From positions 29,104-93,103 of the forward strand of contig JAUCBJ010007768.1 of the NCBI GenBank assembly GCA_032718475.1: 64,000 bases of DNA. Reading direction: 5' to 3'. This stretch comes from Nemertoderma westbladi (Eukaryota > Animalia > Xenacoelomorpha). This document shows, in pieces, positions 12,801 to 23,438 of this stretch (within the stretch, counting starts at the first letter, position 1; every line of letters begins with the position of its first letter). Under the pieces are notes generated by a model, which was not told the origin of the DNA, made no database searches, and worked only from the letters and a program-made list of their open reading frames with translations. The translations under genes and the position numbers were made by a program.

Positions 12801-13207
12801 TGAGGCCTGCCTGTGTGTGTCTTAGTCTGGAGTGCGGGAGGGTGTGCTATGTGGGTGTCCTCAGTGATGGTTTGGCTGGTGTTAATGCTGTCATTGCCCG
12901 GAAAGTCTGATGAGACAGTGTGGGGTGAAGTAGTTGTCAGTAGATCTAGTGTCCCAATGGATTTGTACAGTACATTGCTAGGACTGCAAACGGCAGTATT
13001 AGGTACGGCACCGGTATATATTGGCACTGAGTTTACAACCAACCTCATACCCATACAGTTATCTTGTTTCCCAATGTCCGCTGTAGTAGGTGCCGTCATT
13101 GTCTCGGTAAGCACATTACAGGTGGAGTTACCATCCGTCTCCACGCCCCCCTGGTCCAGGTCACTGGGTCTACTAGTACCCGGACATATAGGATGAATAT
13201 GATTCAC
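9896..13207 (-). CDS. LINE ORF1 with Ulp1/SENP (peptidase C48)-like domain and coiled coil
   Basis: DLQTLLPTTWVTDTIVDGFL...NNHFVL...CLDPL...PKQPNSFDCGIFVC = C48 motifs with His-Asp-Cys triad and oxyanion Gln; disordered Pro/Thr-rich N-terminus; heptad segment RFSKLETDHKRLLEETKRLNDE. Confidence 0.85.
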   Translation of the reverse strand: MNHIHPICPGTSRPSDLDQGGVETDGNSTCNVLTETMTAPTTADIGKQDNCMGMRLVVNSVPIYTGAVPNTAVCSPSNVLYKSIGTLDLLTTTSPHTVSSDFPGNDSINTSQTITEDTHIAHPPALQTKTHTGRPHTRSKGPAPQLLQARSLKAAITKRKSMLHPNKVPKSNKHKPLAASQSQHTPVSQPLPMPAKHLQQTMPEHKSTSPPHSTLPAQPTPIQATQTKLTPKSNTATIIEDLMGNGSWCTRNASTIITSAPATPSGTATNPAATTYTSQTQCNLIPRYGPDKNDNQPNPPTPISDTPRLIAASETTSELKKVTDSRPKLTTTKRGNRTPQQQCPRKKHTKKSNNNTKYKPKLLENRFVSASTDIQTEDMQPHVVKAALNGLIEEIDFPVDAPLKNQTSILDNNSPDLATGDTKLRTNLVAECIDVYPCSPTKKNTNRTEEVKKYLSSLDIDERRPGLIIPSPKDLQTLLPTTWVTDTIVDGFLGILVRHYNHTVALPIHLTLRLQTQNYDILSAVKYIAKLYLGTSDLKKPDLLFFPECTKYGPGEENNHFVLHVASTTDNTVRCLDPLGRNIPNKNTFEIIKVLSKIDNLKPKKYQTGVITPWMTTVVPSNLPKQPNSFDCGIFVCFYALSLAQSSDTALDLLRDSIKSRQWIHNCLDSCKLVDLGHHTANHYSHGTGSKQNKQPLSYGISGRPDLVEAVNSENLCHPIVPAPLSGNNEWAAEIIPLTRKNALSIIGAQVKTGGEEMRHNLLDDVKLLMSPVQAASMQLKNRVSTHELYNDIYELLRCIYEKKFTEACRKRLTIADPSTDDITMDTLRKDLISMTVTFQNRFSKLETDHKRLLEETKRLNDEVVHERNTRILLHADLKSIQDMPLAQPHPVPDSYLPGPSRRCISCDTLAATPDRRENQCDYIVLDDASSSSPISQCSATTPANSSTYLVLDSLSDSRISASVSSPNQFPPTNPNSTEYIPPDMVTPVGVTFDPSNPRMVAKETDTPSCPSTTRRQRKLLRKGRSKEQNGPLLISTSNRYSVLSDPCPIMNPAPMSSTHAIKKKKKQNTNPMEPEHVLSYFINTHHPIRTLMEKILGIMENP

Positions 13208-13435
13208 CAGTCAGTGACGAGTTGGTTAGCAGTGCAGAGTTGAGAGATGTACCCAGGTGTAGGTTTGGGCAGGCAGCAGCGCGAATAATTTTTCTTACAG
13301 CATCTCGAGAGGCTTCCATTAATATTGGTCTTATCTGGGTAACGTTATAAAGTGTTTCGTTCGATACATAATTCCCGACATTTAACAGCGACCTCAGTTG
13401 TTTCCTATAGTGTGCGTCAATCCGGTCAAGATTGG

Positions 13436-13840
13436 TGACAGAGAGTGCTCCAAAGATATATTGCGTGAGTTAATTGTGCCCTCCAGATGAGTTAGATAGG
13501 CTTGAGAAGAGAGTGCTCCCCAGTAAAAGTAAAGGTAAAGGTTAAGTAAAAGGTTAAGTAAAAGTAAAGTAAAAAAAGTTTAAAAAAAAGAGTTTGATTG
13601 GCTTGACAAGAGTGTGAGAGATTTGAGTTAACTGTTTTATTGTGCTCTCCAGATGAGTTAGATAGGCTTGACAAGAGTGTGAGAGATTTGAGTTAACTGT
13701 TTTATTGTGCCCTCCAGATGAGTTAGATAGGCTTGACAAGAGAGTGAGCGATTTTAGTTAACTGTTTTATTGTGCCCTCCCGGTGAGTCAGATAAGTTTT
13801 TGACAAGCAAGAGAGTGTTTTATTTTTCCCTCCAGATCGT
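13436..13840. repeat. 65-bp tandem repeats in the LINE 5' UTR
   Basis: GCTTGACAAGAGTGTGAGAGATTTGAGTTAACTGTTTTATTGTGCCCTCCAGATGAGTTAGATAG at 13601, 13666 and 13731, plus partial copies at ~13436-13517 and ~13800-13838. Confidence 0.9.
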
Positions 13841-16637
13841 ATAAAGTCGTTTTATGCTAAACAATTATTCTTCATAACGCCTTAATATCCTTAGAGTTAG
13901 TGGACATATGGATGGTAATATAGTGGGCATATAATTGAATTATATCTTGCATGGAAGTATATACTGTAGTAAATGTTTTAACTGAGTTGGATAGGTAATA
14001 TTGTTGTCAACAATAATCCGGCGGATGCGATACCCTCATTGAGAACTATCATTTGTGTTAGATTTGCGATCAAACATGCTTACATCAAAATTGTAGCTAA
14101 ACAATTTATCTTCTTTTCTGATTGTCTGATCAACAGACAGTCCTACTGTCTGTACCTTAGCTTATGTGATTAAGAATACAATTATGGGTTATGGAGATGA
14201 TATTCAGCTGTGGCATATTGTCCTTATCTGTAAATTACCATTGATTTTTTGAATATACAATTGTACGTAAGAGTAACTGTTGTTTGTTGTCGTCAACAAT
14301 ACAAATAAATTTTCTCATCATAAATCACTGCTCGGTACCTATAGAGCACGATAATTCCTAATTATTGCGAGAAAAAAATGGCAGTTTGGCCATGGGGGGT
14401 TAATTTGCTATTTCAAGATCAGAATTGTGTTACCAAATTATGGCTGATTTTCTAGCAACTCCTTACAATAGCAATTCACCGAAATTTTGTAAAATTACAC
14501 AAAATAAGTTATAAGAGGGGTACTACTACTACTACTAGGTCGAGCGAACTCGGACAGTGGAAATGAGATCCTTCCAGGCTTCCCGATTCTCCATAGTTGT
14601 CGCAATTTCGTTTCTCCCAAGTTCAGTATCCCTTTCAAGTTGATCTATATATGTTATGGCCGGTCGTCCACGACTACGCTTTCCATGAGTTGGTTGCCAG
14701 AGAAGTAGATCTGGTATGACCTCGTCTTTACTTCGCCAGCAGTGCCTACTGAATCTTAATCTGCGTTCACGGAGGGTGGTTGATACAGGTGGTATTGTAC
14801 CATAAAGCTCGGCGTTTGTCATGTGTTGTCTCCAGCTGATGTTTAGGGCTGCCCTTAGTAGTCTTGTGTAGCAACCATCAATTCGTTGTTCAAGTGATTT
14901 AGTCAGTGTCCAGGTCTCACCCCCGTATAAAAATACACTTTCCACTGTGGCTCGAAAGAACTTGGTCTTCAGGTGCCTGGAGAGATCTGATTTCCAGATG
15001 GTATCCATTTTTGATAGAGCTACCCAAGCCTTTGCTTTCCTAACTTCTATGTCCTTTTTGCTACTCTCTATCCATGATCCAAGGTACTGGAAGTCATCGA
15101 CCTGCCTTAGTTGATTATTATCAATGGTTGTCAAGTTTCCATCAACATTAAAGGTCATGAATTCGGTCTTAGTAGCATTTATATGCAATCCAACCTCCTT
15201 AGCAGCCCTCTCCACTTTATTTAGTAGAAGCTGTGCATCTGCTAGCGTATTAGAGAGCAGGGCGATGTCATCCGCAAAGTCGGTGTCTGTGACTGTAGTT
15301 GCCGGATATCTACTACTTCTGCGTTCTTGAAGTGTGAATCCCAGATCTTCACCCTTTGTGGCCGTCCTCATTGCGTAATCCAGCACAATTACAAATAGTA
15401 ATGGTGCTAATGTGTCACCTTGCAGTACGCCAGCCAGGATTGAGAAAAACTCAGTTTCACCATCTGGTGAGAGTACCTGCGCTTCTGTGTCACAATATAG
15501 CAATCCAATGCCAGCAACAATTACTTCTGGTATTCCATAAGCTCTTAGGATTTCAAGCATTTTACCTCTATGGATGGAGTCGAATGCCTTCTTGAAGTCC
15601 ACAAAAGTCATGACTGCGGGGAGATTCTTTGACTTGATTCCTTCAATCAGTCTCCGTAGTGCAAGTATCTGAGCTATTGTTGATCTACTTGGTCGAAATC
15701 CGTTTTGGCTCTTACGCAGTAGTTTCTCTATTGTGTGGCCTAATCCTATATAGAATCATTTTATTGTATATTTTGGCAGCTACCACAAGCAGACAGATCC
15801 CACGATAGTTTGTTGGTATGCCGAGGTCTCCTTTCTTGGGGAGAGGCTTTAGTTGACCTTTAGTCCAAATTGGTGGTGGCTTTTCCCCTTTTAACATCCG
15901 GTTGCAAACATTCAATAATGGTCTATTTAACACTCCGGTTTTCCATACCTCCGCTGGGATTTCATCTAATCCACTCGCTTTATTATTAGACATGCTTTTA
16001 ATGCTTCTTTGGAGTTCGGCAGGTGTGAAGTCCCCTGTTTCTATAGGTAGTGTCTTGTCATATATTTTCCTTGTAGGGCTGACCTCGATGTTTGGTGGCT
16101 GCCCAAGCAAGTTGCTGAAGTGATTTTTCCACTTCCCAACACGTTCTTGAGGACTATCGGCTTTGAGGCGCCCCTTTGCACAACTTTTCCGACCAGATAC
16201 CTCATTTACAGTTTGCCAGGTAAGTCTTGATTGTTGCTGTATGTGAGCAGTTGTAATTGCTTCAGTTTTATCCTGTATGTACTTTTCCTGGCTGATGTTG
16301 TAGGCCAATTTAAGATCGTCCTTAGCTTTCTCAACCGTGTTAATGTTTTCGGATGTTGGTTGTTTGGTTTTAACTTTGTAGGCTATCTTAAGATCTTGAT
16401 ATTAACAATGTGTTGGCAAGCTGTATTTTTCGAGGTGTTTGTTATTATACATTTATTATAGGAAGGGATCTAGGGGTCTTTACCTCGAATGATAAGTTTA
16501 TTTTACCGAAAATAACTTAACGTTTATTGGCGCAATTGTAGGACTAATCCCATCACATGCGTACTTTTTAACCGGGTAGTGTACAAATTTAAGAATCGCG
16601 TAATTTTTCTTGAAGTTAATATCTCATATCTCTCCAA

Positions 16638-16680
16638 ACCACGTACGCGTTTCGACCTTACTGGGTCTCATCAGCGTGGT
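16638..16680 (-). ncRNA. Minimal type I hammerhead ribozyme
   Basis: Minus strand ACCACG-CTGATGA-GACC(CAGTAA)GGTC-GAAAC-GC-GTA^CGTGGT: complete core, 6-bp stem I, 4-bp stem II, palindromic ACGCGT stem III; predicted cleavage between 16644 and 16643. Confidence 0.88.
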
Positions 16681-16745
16681 GTCGGATTCGAACCTGGGAC
16701 CTCGAGGTGGAAGCCGAGACTACAACCACTAGGCCACAGGTTCTT
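16681..16745 (-). promoter_or_regulatory. tRNA(Gly, TCC)-like internal Pol III promoter
   Basis: A box TGGCCTAGTGG, loop CTTCCAC, B box GGTTCGAATCC; acceptor stem not closed, so not a true tRNA. Confidence 0.75.
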
Positions 16746-18305
16746 GAGATATGGAGTATTAATTTCAAAGCCAGCTGCCATTTTATTAGCCCCTGATTTT
16801 TTTGATTATTGATATTAACAATGTGTTGGCAAGCTGTATTTTTCGAGGTGTTTGTTATTCTTAAGATCTTAAGATCTTCTCTCTTACAAGTAACCTCAGA
16901 GTTTTGCCATGGCACATACTGTTTTCGTTTAGGTTTCTGGGGGATATGCCTCTTAGCTGATTCCTTGTGGGCTGTTATTATATTCTGGTATATTGAATCG
17001 GTGGATTGGTCTTCATCCATTGACTGAAGTGCTTCAAAGCGGTTTTGAACTTCTACTGTATAAGCATCCTTTACAGAATTGTCAGTTCTGAGTTTCTCCC
17101 AGTCATAGTTGATTTGCTTGCTTGTCCTGGGTTTGCTGGCTCTCAAACTGAGTCTGATCTCTGCAGTCACAATTCTGTGGTCCGAACCAATTAGGTTGAA
17201 CGAGCTGTATGACTCGCAGTTGATCATGCTATTTCTCCACTTTTTGTTTATAAGGATGTAATCCAGTTGTGCTTTGGTTCCATTAGGGTATTGAAAGGTC
17301 CATAGCTTCCCCTTACTCTTTTCGAATGTGTTGTTTGTTGGTATCAATTCACATTCTTCCATTAGGTCTAAGAGTAAGTACCCATTTCTGTTAGAACTGG
17401 TGTTATAGGTGTAACCCTTGATGTCTTCTGGGCCAATTTGCGCATTCAGGTCACCAGCAATGACTTTAACATTGTGTTTCGGGATGTCCTTAATAAGTCC
17501 AGTCAGTTCTTCATAAAACTTGACTGCTTGTTCTGGCTCTGATGCATTGGTTGGACTGTAGCAACATATAACTGTTGTCTTGGGATTCCCATCAAATGTT
17601 GCGATCATAACCCTGGAATTTATAGATTCGATGTTGTTTAGGGTCTTAAGTGCAAATGGGCTTAGCAGAATTCCTACTCCACCAATTGATGCATTGGCCG
17701 AGTTTCTTACTGCTGAGCTTGTTACTAACGTCCATCCATTTCCAATGTCATTGTACTTCATGGCAGTGTCTTCATGACAAATCCGATGTTCTTGGATGCA
17801 GATGATGTCGATGTTATATTCCATTGCCAGAGCGACCATGTCACCCTGTTTGCTCTGTGCTTTCAGCGTGCGTGCGTTCATTGTAGCAATCTTTAGTGTC
17901 TTTTTACATTTCAACAGGTTGGTTCTTCTTTCTTCTCTGTCTTCTGTTCCAGTAGCCAATTTATCGACCCCAGCCTGGTGTACCACTGAGGGACGCGGTC
18001 CTTGTTGACCCGGGCGACGACCGAGCCGGTATTTCTCCTGGAGGGTTCTCATACTCATATCTTTCATCTTCGTTAATTTGCTATTTCAAGATCAGAATTG
18101 TGTTACCAAATTATGGCTGATTTTCTAGCAACTCCTTACAATAGCAATTCACCGAAATTTTGTAAAATTACACAAAATAAGTTATAAGAGGGGTCGTTGC
18201 AGAATATTCCTACCTAAAATGCACTAGATGATTCCAATACCCGAGTGCTACATTAATTGGGATGTGAAGATCGACCACTACCAAATATACTCTAAGAGAA
18301 ACACC

Positions 18306-21300
18306 ACAGTTAAAAGTTGTTTACAGTTAAAGAGTTGTTTACAGTTAAAGAGTTGTTTACAGTTAAAGAGTTATTTACAGTTAAAGAGTTGTTTACAGTT
18401 AAAGAGTTGTTTACTTTACAGTTAAAGAGTTGTTTACAGTTAAAGAGTTGTTTACAGTTAAAGAGTTGTTAACAGTTAAAGAGTTATTTACAGTTAAAGA
18501 GTTGTTTACAGTTAAAGAGTTGTTTACAGTTAAAGAGTTGTTTACAGTTAAAGAGTTGTTTACAGTTAAAGAGTTGTTTACAGTTAAAGAGTTGTTTACA
18601 GTTAAAGAGTTGTTTACAGTTAAAGAGTTGTTTACAGTTAAAGAGTTGTTTACAGTTAAAGAGTTGTTTACAGTTAAAGAGTTATTTACAGTTAAAGAGT
18701 TGTTTACAGTTAAAGAGTTGTTTACAGTTAAAGAGTTGTTTACAGTTAAAGAGTTGTTTACAGTTAAAGGGTTGTTTTATAGTTAAAGGGTTGTTTTATA
18801 GTTAAAGAGTTGTTTTATAGTTAAAGAGTTATTTACAGTTAAAGAGTTGTTTTCAGTTAAAGAGTTGTTTACAGTTAAAGTGTTGTTTACAGTTAAAGAG
18901 TTGTTTACAGTTAAAGAGTTGTTTACAGTTAAAGAGTTGTTTTATAGTTAAAGAGTTGTTTTACAGTTAAAGAGTTGTTTTACAGTTAAAGAGTTATTTA
19001 CAGTTAAAGAGTTGTTTACAGTTAAAGAGTTGTTTACAGTTAAAGGGTTGTTTTATAGTTAAAGAGTTGTTTTATAGTTAAAGAGTTATTTACAGTTAAA
19101 GAGTTGTTTACAGTTAAAGAGTTGTTTACAGTTAAAGTGTTGTTTACAGTTAAAGAGTTGTTTACAGTTAAAGAGTTGTTTTATAGTTAAAGAGTTGTTT
19201 TACAGTTAAAGAGTTGTTTTATAGTTAAAGAGTTGTTTTACAGTTAAAGAGTTGTTTTACAGTTAAAGAGTTGTTTACAGTTAAAGAGTTGTTTACAGTT
19301 AAAGAGTTGTTTACAGTTAAAGAGTTGTTTACAGTTAAAGGGTTGTTTTATAGTTAAAGAGTTGTTTTATAGTTAAAGAGTTATTTACAGTTAAAGAGTT
19401 GTTTACAGTTAAAGAGTTGTTTACAGTTAAAGAGTTGTTTACAGTTAAAGAGTTGTTTACAGTTAAAGAGTTGTTTTACAGTTAAAGAGTTGTTTACAGT
19501 TAAAGAGTTGTTTACAGTTAAAGGGTTGTTTACAGTTAAAGAGTTGTTTTACAGTTAAAGAGTTGATTTACAGTTAAAGAGTTGTTTACAGTTAAAGAGT
19601 TGTTTACAGTTAAAGAGTTGTTTACAGTTAAAGAGTTGTTTACAGTTAAAGAGTTGTTTACAGTTAAAGAGTTGTTTACAGTTAAAGAGTTGTTTTACAG
19701 TTAAAGAGTTGTTTACAGTTAAAGAGTTGTTTACAGTTAAAGAGTTGTTTACAGTTAAAGAGTTGATTTACAGTTAAAGAGTTGTTTACAGTTAAAGAGT
19801 TGTTTACAGTTAAAGAGTTGTTTACAGTTAAAGAGTTGTTTACAGTTAAAGAGTTGTTTTATAGTTAAAGAGTTGTTTTACAGTTAAAGAGTTGTTTATA
19901 GTTAAAGAGTTGTTTACAGTTAAAGAGTTGTTTACAGTTAAAGAGTTGTTTTACAGTTAAAGAGTTGTTTTACAGTTAAAGAGTTGTTTTATAGTTAAAG
20001 AGTTGTTTTATAGTTAAAGAGTTGTTTTACAGTTAAAGAGTTGTTTTACAGTTAAAGAGTTGTTTACAGTTAAAGAGTTGTTTTACAGTTAAAGAGTTGT
20101 TTTACAGTTAAAGAGTTGTTTTACAGTTAAAGAGTTGTTTTATAGTTAAAGAGTTGTTTTATAGTTAAAGAGTTGTTTTACAGTTAAAGAGTTGTTTTAC
20201 AGTTAAAGAGTTATTTACAGTTAAAGAGTTGTTTACAGTTAAAGAGTTGTTTACAGTTAAAGAGTTGTTTACAGTTAAAGAGTTGTTTACAGTTAAAGGG
20301 TTGTTTTATAGTTAAAGGGTTGTTTTATAGTTAAAGAGTTGTTTTATAGTTAAAGAGTTATTTACAGTTAAAGAGTTGTTTTCAGTTAAAGAGTTGTTTA
20401 CAGTTAAAGTGTTGTTTACAGTTAAAGAGTTGTTTACAGTTAAAGAGTTGTTTACAGTTAAAGAGTTGTTTTATAGTTAAAGAGTTGTTTTACAGTTAAA
20501 GAGTTGTTTTACAGTTAAAGAGTTATTTACAGTTAAAGAGTTGTTTACAGTTAAAGAGTTGTTTACAGTTAAAGGGTTGTTTTATAGTTAAAGAGTTGTT
20601 TTATAGTTAAAGAGTTATTTACAGTTAAAGAGTTGTTTACAGTTAAAGAGTTGTTTACAGTTAAAGTGTTGTTTACAGTTAAAGAGTTGTTTACAGTTAA
20701 AGAGTTGTTTTATAGTTAAAGAGTTGTTTTACAGTTAAAGAGTTGTTTACTAGTTAAAGAGTTGTTTTACAGTTAAAGAGTTGTTTACAGTTAAAGAGTT
20801 GTTTACAGTTAAAGAGTTGTTTACAGTTAAAGAGTTGTTTACAGTTAAAGAGTTGTTTACAGTTAAAGGGTTGTTTTACAGTTAAAGAGTTGTTTTACAG
20901 TTAAAGAGTTGTTTACAGTTAAAGAGTTGTTTACAGTTAAAGAGTTGTTTACAGTTAAAGAGTTGTTTACAGTTAAAGAGTTGTTTACAGTTAAAGAGTT
21001 GTTTACAGTTAAAGAGTTGTTTACAGTTAAAGAGTTGTTTACAGTTAAAGGGTTGTTTACAGTTAAAGAGTTGTTTACAGTTAAAGAGTTGATTTACAGT
21101 TAAAGAGTTGTTTACAGTTAAAGAGTTGTTTACAGTTAAAGAGTTGTTTACAGTTAAAGAGTTGTTTACAGTTAAAGAGTTGTTTACAGTTAAAGAGTTG
21201 TTTACAGTTAAAGAGTTGTTTACAGTTAAAGAGTTGTTTACAGTTAAAGAGTTGTTTACAGTTAAAGAGTTGTTTACAGTTAAAGAGTTGTTTACAGTTA

Positions 21301-21977
21301 AAGAGTTGTTTACAGTTAAAGAGTTGTTTTACAGTTAAAGAGTTGTTTTACAGTTAAAGAGTTGTTTTACAGTTAAAGAGTTGTTTACTAGTTAAAGAGT
21401 TGTTTACAGTTAAAGAGTTGTTTACAGTTAAAGAGTTGTTTACAGTTAAAGAGTTGTTTACAGTTAAAGAGTTGTTTACAGTTAAAGAGTTGTTTACAGT
21501 TAAAGAGTTGTTTTATAGTTAAAGAGTTGTTTTACAGTTAAAGAGTTGTTTACAGTTAAAGAGTTGTTTTACAGTTAAAGAGTTGTTTACAGTTAAAGAG
21601 TTGTTTACAGTTAAAGAGTTGTTTACAGTTAAAGAGTTGTTTTACAGTTAAAGAGTTGTTTACAGTTAAAGAGTTGTTTATAGTTAAAGAGTTGTTTACA
21701 GTTAAAGAGTTGTTTACAGTTAAAGAGTTGTTTACAGTTAAAGAGTTGTTTACAGTTAAAGAGTTGTTTACAGTTAAAGAGTTGTTTACAGTTAAAGAGT
21801 TGTTTTATAGTTAAAGAGTTGTTTTACAGTTAAAGAGTTGTTTACAGTTAAAGAGTTGTTTACAGTTAAAGAGTTGTTTTACAGTTAAAGAGTTGTTTTA
21901 CAGTTAAAGAGTTGTTTTATAGTTAAAGAGTTGTTTTACAGTTAAAGAGTTGTTTACAGTTAAAGAGTTGTTTTATA
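18306..21977. repeat. 18/19-bp satellite (ACAGTTAAAGAGTTGTTT)n, ~200 copies
   Basis: Directly visible tandem array with one-T length variants. Confidence 0.98.
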
Positions 21978-22351
21978 GTGAAGGTTTGTAGTAATTCAAT
22001 TTCTTCCAGCAGATCAACAATATTTGTCGCCTTTATACGAAGTATATTTAATGAAGTGAATCCAATAGGTGCCGCCCTCATGCCACTCTTCAATCTCTTC
22101 ATCTACACACGAACCGTTGTCGTAGTAGTGTTTGCACCAACAAAATGTAGGTACACCACCACAATCGTGGAATTCCCGATAAACGAATTGATGGTTGCTA
22201 CACAGGACTACCAAAGGCAGCCCTAAACATCAGCTGGAGACAACACATGACAAACGCTGAGCTTTTTGGTACAATACCAGCTGTATCAACCACCCTCCGC
22301 GAACGCAGATTATGATTCAGTGGGCACTGCTGGAGAAGTAAAAACGAGGTC

Positions 22352-23438
22352 CAGGCCCGTAGCCAGGATTTTAAAAGGGTGGTTCGTTTTTTTTTAAAAA
22401 AGGGCACTTTTTAAAATTGTTTAAAATAAACAAATATCCATTGGTTTAGCCAGACATATTAAGGTACTGTAGGAATAGGGCAGAGAGGGGTTGGGGGGGG
22501 GGGGGGGGGGGGATTGGATGATCTGAAGCCCGATACGAAATGTGTGGGGTACTTTTTAATTTAATTAATTTATTATTATTAATTAATTTAATTAATTATT
22601 TAATTATAATTTTACATTGGCACTGGGATAATGTGAACCGTAACTGTTCTAGCTGCTAATGTAACATTGCTTAAATTATTTTATTTTTATTCATTTGTAA
22701 TTTTGCTAATGTAAATTTTCTTTGCCGGAAAGGGCACTTTTACGAATAGGTGAATATATTTAAAAGGAGAACATTTCTCAAAAAGGGCACATTTCCCACA
22801 TGTGTTCGTATAAAAGGGCACATTTCCCAAACATGTGTTCGTATAAAAGGGCACATTTCCCAAACATGTGTTCGTATAAAAGGGCACATTTCCCAAACAT
22901 GTGTTCGTATAAAAGGGCACATTTCCCAAACATGTGTTCGTATAAAAGGGCACATTTCCCAAACATGTGTTCGTATAAAAGGGCACATTTCCCAAACATG
23001 TGTTCGTATAAAAGGGCACATTTCCCAAACATGTGTTCGTATAAAAGGGCACATTTCCCAAACATGTGTTCGTATAAAAGGGCACATTTCCCAAACATGT
23101 GTTCGTATAAAAGGGCACATTTCCCAAACATGTGTTCGTATAAAAGGGCACATTTCCCAAACATGTGTTCGTATAAAAGGGCACATTTCCCAAACATGTG
23201 TTCGTATAAAAGGGCACATTTCCCAAACATGTGTTCGTATAAAAGGGCACATTTCCCAAACATGTGTTTGTATAAAAGGGCACATTTCCCAAACATGTGT
23301 TCGTATAAAAGGGCACATTTCCCAAACATGTGTTCGTATAAAAGGGCACATTTCCCAAACATGTGTTCGTATAAAAGGGCACGTTTCTCAAAATGGCGGT
23401 TCGTTCGAACCAACGAACCCCCCCTGGCTACGGGCCTG
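22352..23438. mobile_element. MITE with 16-bp TIR CAGGCCCGTAGCCAGG and 5-bp TSD AGGTC
   Basis: TIRs at both ends; AGGTC at 22347-22351 and 23439-23443; RTE sequence resumes after it. Confidence 0.88.
22782..23390. repeat. 33-bp minisatellite (~18 copies) inside the MITE
   Basis: AAAAGGGCACATTTCCCAAACATGTGTTCGTAT repeated almost perfectly. Confidence 0.97.

Larger units (their letters stand above)
4921..13948 (-). mobile_element. Near full-length non-LTR retrotransposon (RTEX-like), ~9 kb
   Basis: Bounded by a ~37-41 bp target-site duplication GCATGGAAGTATATACTGTAGTAAATGT(T)nAACTGA at 4880-4920 and 13949-13985; short (TGTATC)n 3' tail at ~4921-4933; ORF1 plus APE-RT ORF2; clade assignment by motif resemblance only. 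Confidence 0.88.
16398..16866 (-). mobile_element. Retrozyme/SM-alpha-like element: tRNA-like Pol III head + hammerhead ribozyme, ~50-bp terminal direct repeats
   Basis: TGATATTAACAATG...GTTTGTTATT at ~16398-16447 and ~16810-16859; RTE target ATCTTAAGATCTT duplicated on both sides; removing the insert restores RTE ...REDLKIAYKVK... Confidence 0.8.
14522..18071 (-). mobile_element. RTE-clade LINE, nearly complete ORF, disrupted
   Basis: APE (ATMNARTL, IQEHR, YSPT, GDLNA, LDYIL, SDH) and RT (DFKKAFDS, GVLQGDTLAP, FADD, YLGS); (TAG)n tail starting at the stop codon; 123-bp duplication at 14399-14521 and 18072-18194; frameshift ~15730 and insertion ~16398-16866. Confidence 0.95.

Noticed and set aside
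16681-16745. Functional tRNA genes (also 372-430, 3070-3140, 56572-56645)
   Set aside because: Acceptor and T stems do not close; these are retroelement heads
18228-21338. FTVKEL-repeat ORFs
   Set aside because: Translation artefacts of the 18-bp satellite
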